Positions 12,761 to 12,962 of a DNA stretch of 12,962 nucleotides are shown in pieces. The stretch lies in contig MHKD01000019.1 of the NCBI GenBank assembly GCA_001818775.1, positions 47,802 through 60,763 on the forward strand. Reading direction: 5' to 3'. This stretch comes from Candidatus Kerfeldbacteria bacterium RIFCSPHIGHO2_12_FULL_48_17 (lineage in GTDB: Bacteria; Patescibacteriota; Patescibacteriia; HO2-48-17). Made by a program: the position numbers and the translations under genes. Each line of letters starts with the position of its first letter. The first letter of the stretch is position 1. The notes under the pieces are model-generated. The model was not told the DNA's origin. It saw nothing but the letters and a program-made list of their open reading frames with translations, and did no database searches.

Positions 12761-12962
12761 CTATGAAAGCTCGTCGCGTTTTTCCTTCATATAGGAGAAC
12801 CATTGCTCGAGGATTTCCACGATCAGCTGGAACGGCGCTTCAATGAGCACATCAAGGATGAATATGAATACATTGATCCGCGAGAATTTGCGGGAGATCC
12901 AGTTCCCGACGCGCAGGAATGGTGTCGTGAGAAAGCCGATGAAGGTGGTGATGATGTTATCA
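12761..12962 (-). CDS. 3' end of a membrane-protein gene (partial, continues beyond window)
   Basis: Open reverse-strand frame to the window edge, ending ...IITTFIGFLTTPFLRVGNWISRKFSRINVFIFILDVLIEAPFQLIVEILEQWFSYMKEKRDELS* (TAG complement at 12761-12763). The hydrophobic C-terminal region suggests a membrane protein. Family not recognised. Confidence 0.5.
   Translation of the reverse strand, partial: DNIITTFIGFLTTPFLRVGNWISRKFSRINVFIFILDVLIEAPFQLIVEILEQWFSYMKEKRDELS

Noticed and set aside
1-12962. CRISPR arrays, tRNA/rRNA genes, transposase/integrase genes, phage genes
   Set aside because: No regularly spaced direct repeats, no tRNA-like cloverleaf segments and no recombinase-like ORFs were found. 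The only repeats are the three operon-end elements and intragenic coding repeats described above.

Overview
The window is about 48-50% GC and splits into two halves. I cannot run homology searches, so every product call below is my reading of motifs in the sequence. The main finding is a probable tandem triplication of a membrane SPFH module paired with a small protein that does not look like NfeD.

Plus strand, 146-7049: three membrane SPFH/band-7 (flotillin/HflKC-like) paralogs.
- A 721-aa protein with a TPR-like N-terminus, transmembrane helices and a divergent C-terminal SPFH-like domain.
- A short 214-aa SPFH protein.
- A 543-aa flotillin-like protein with C-terminal FSKEL coiled-coil repeats.

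The second and third SPFH genes are followed in-operon by three paralogous small membrane-anchored proteins (206, 175 and 200 aa). These share a conserved W-HV-IYKW / GWV-P-C C-terminal domain that does not resemble the usual SPFH partner NfeD. Each of the three modules ends with the same roughly 80-bp element: a perfect anti-SD match (AAGGAGGTGATT), a 3-codon mini-ORF in two of the three copies, and an intrinsic terminator. The two downstream modules then restart from duplicated promoters (TTGACT-17-TATAAT and TTGACT-17-TCTAAT) that share a conserved leader motif.

The plus-strand block is followed by a 1084-aa secreted NHL-repeat / IPT / FG-GAP protein at 7110-10364. A bidirectional terminator at 10396-10428 separates it from the minus-strand genes.

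Minus strand, 10445-12962:
- An unannotated 58-aa histone-fold (bacterial histone / HMf-like) gene, 10445-10621.
- A lysine-rich, single-TM protein with a 12-Cys C-terminal domain.
- A PduO-type ATP:cob(I)alamin adenosyltransferase.
- A BtuF-like cobalamin-binding protein with no signal peptide.
- The 3' end of a membrane-protein gene running off the window.

No rRNA, tRNA, CRISPR or transposase genes were seen.
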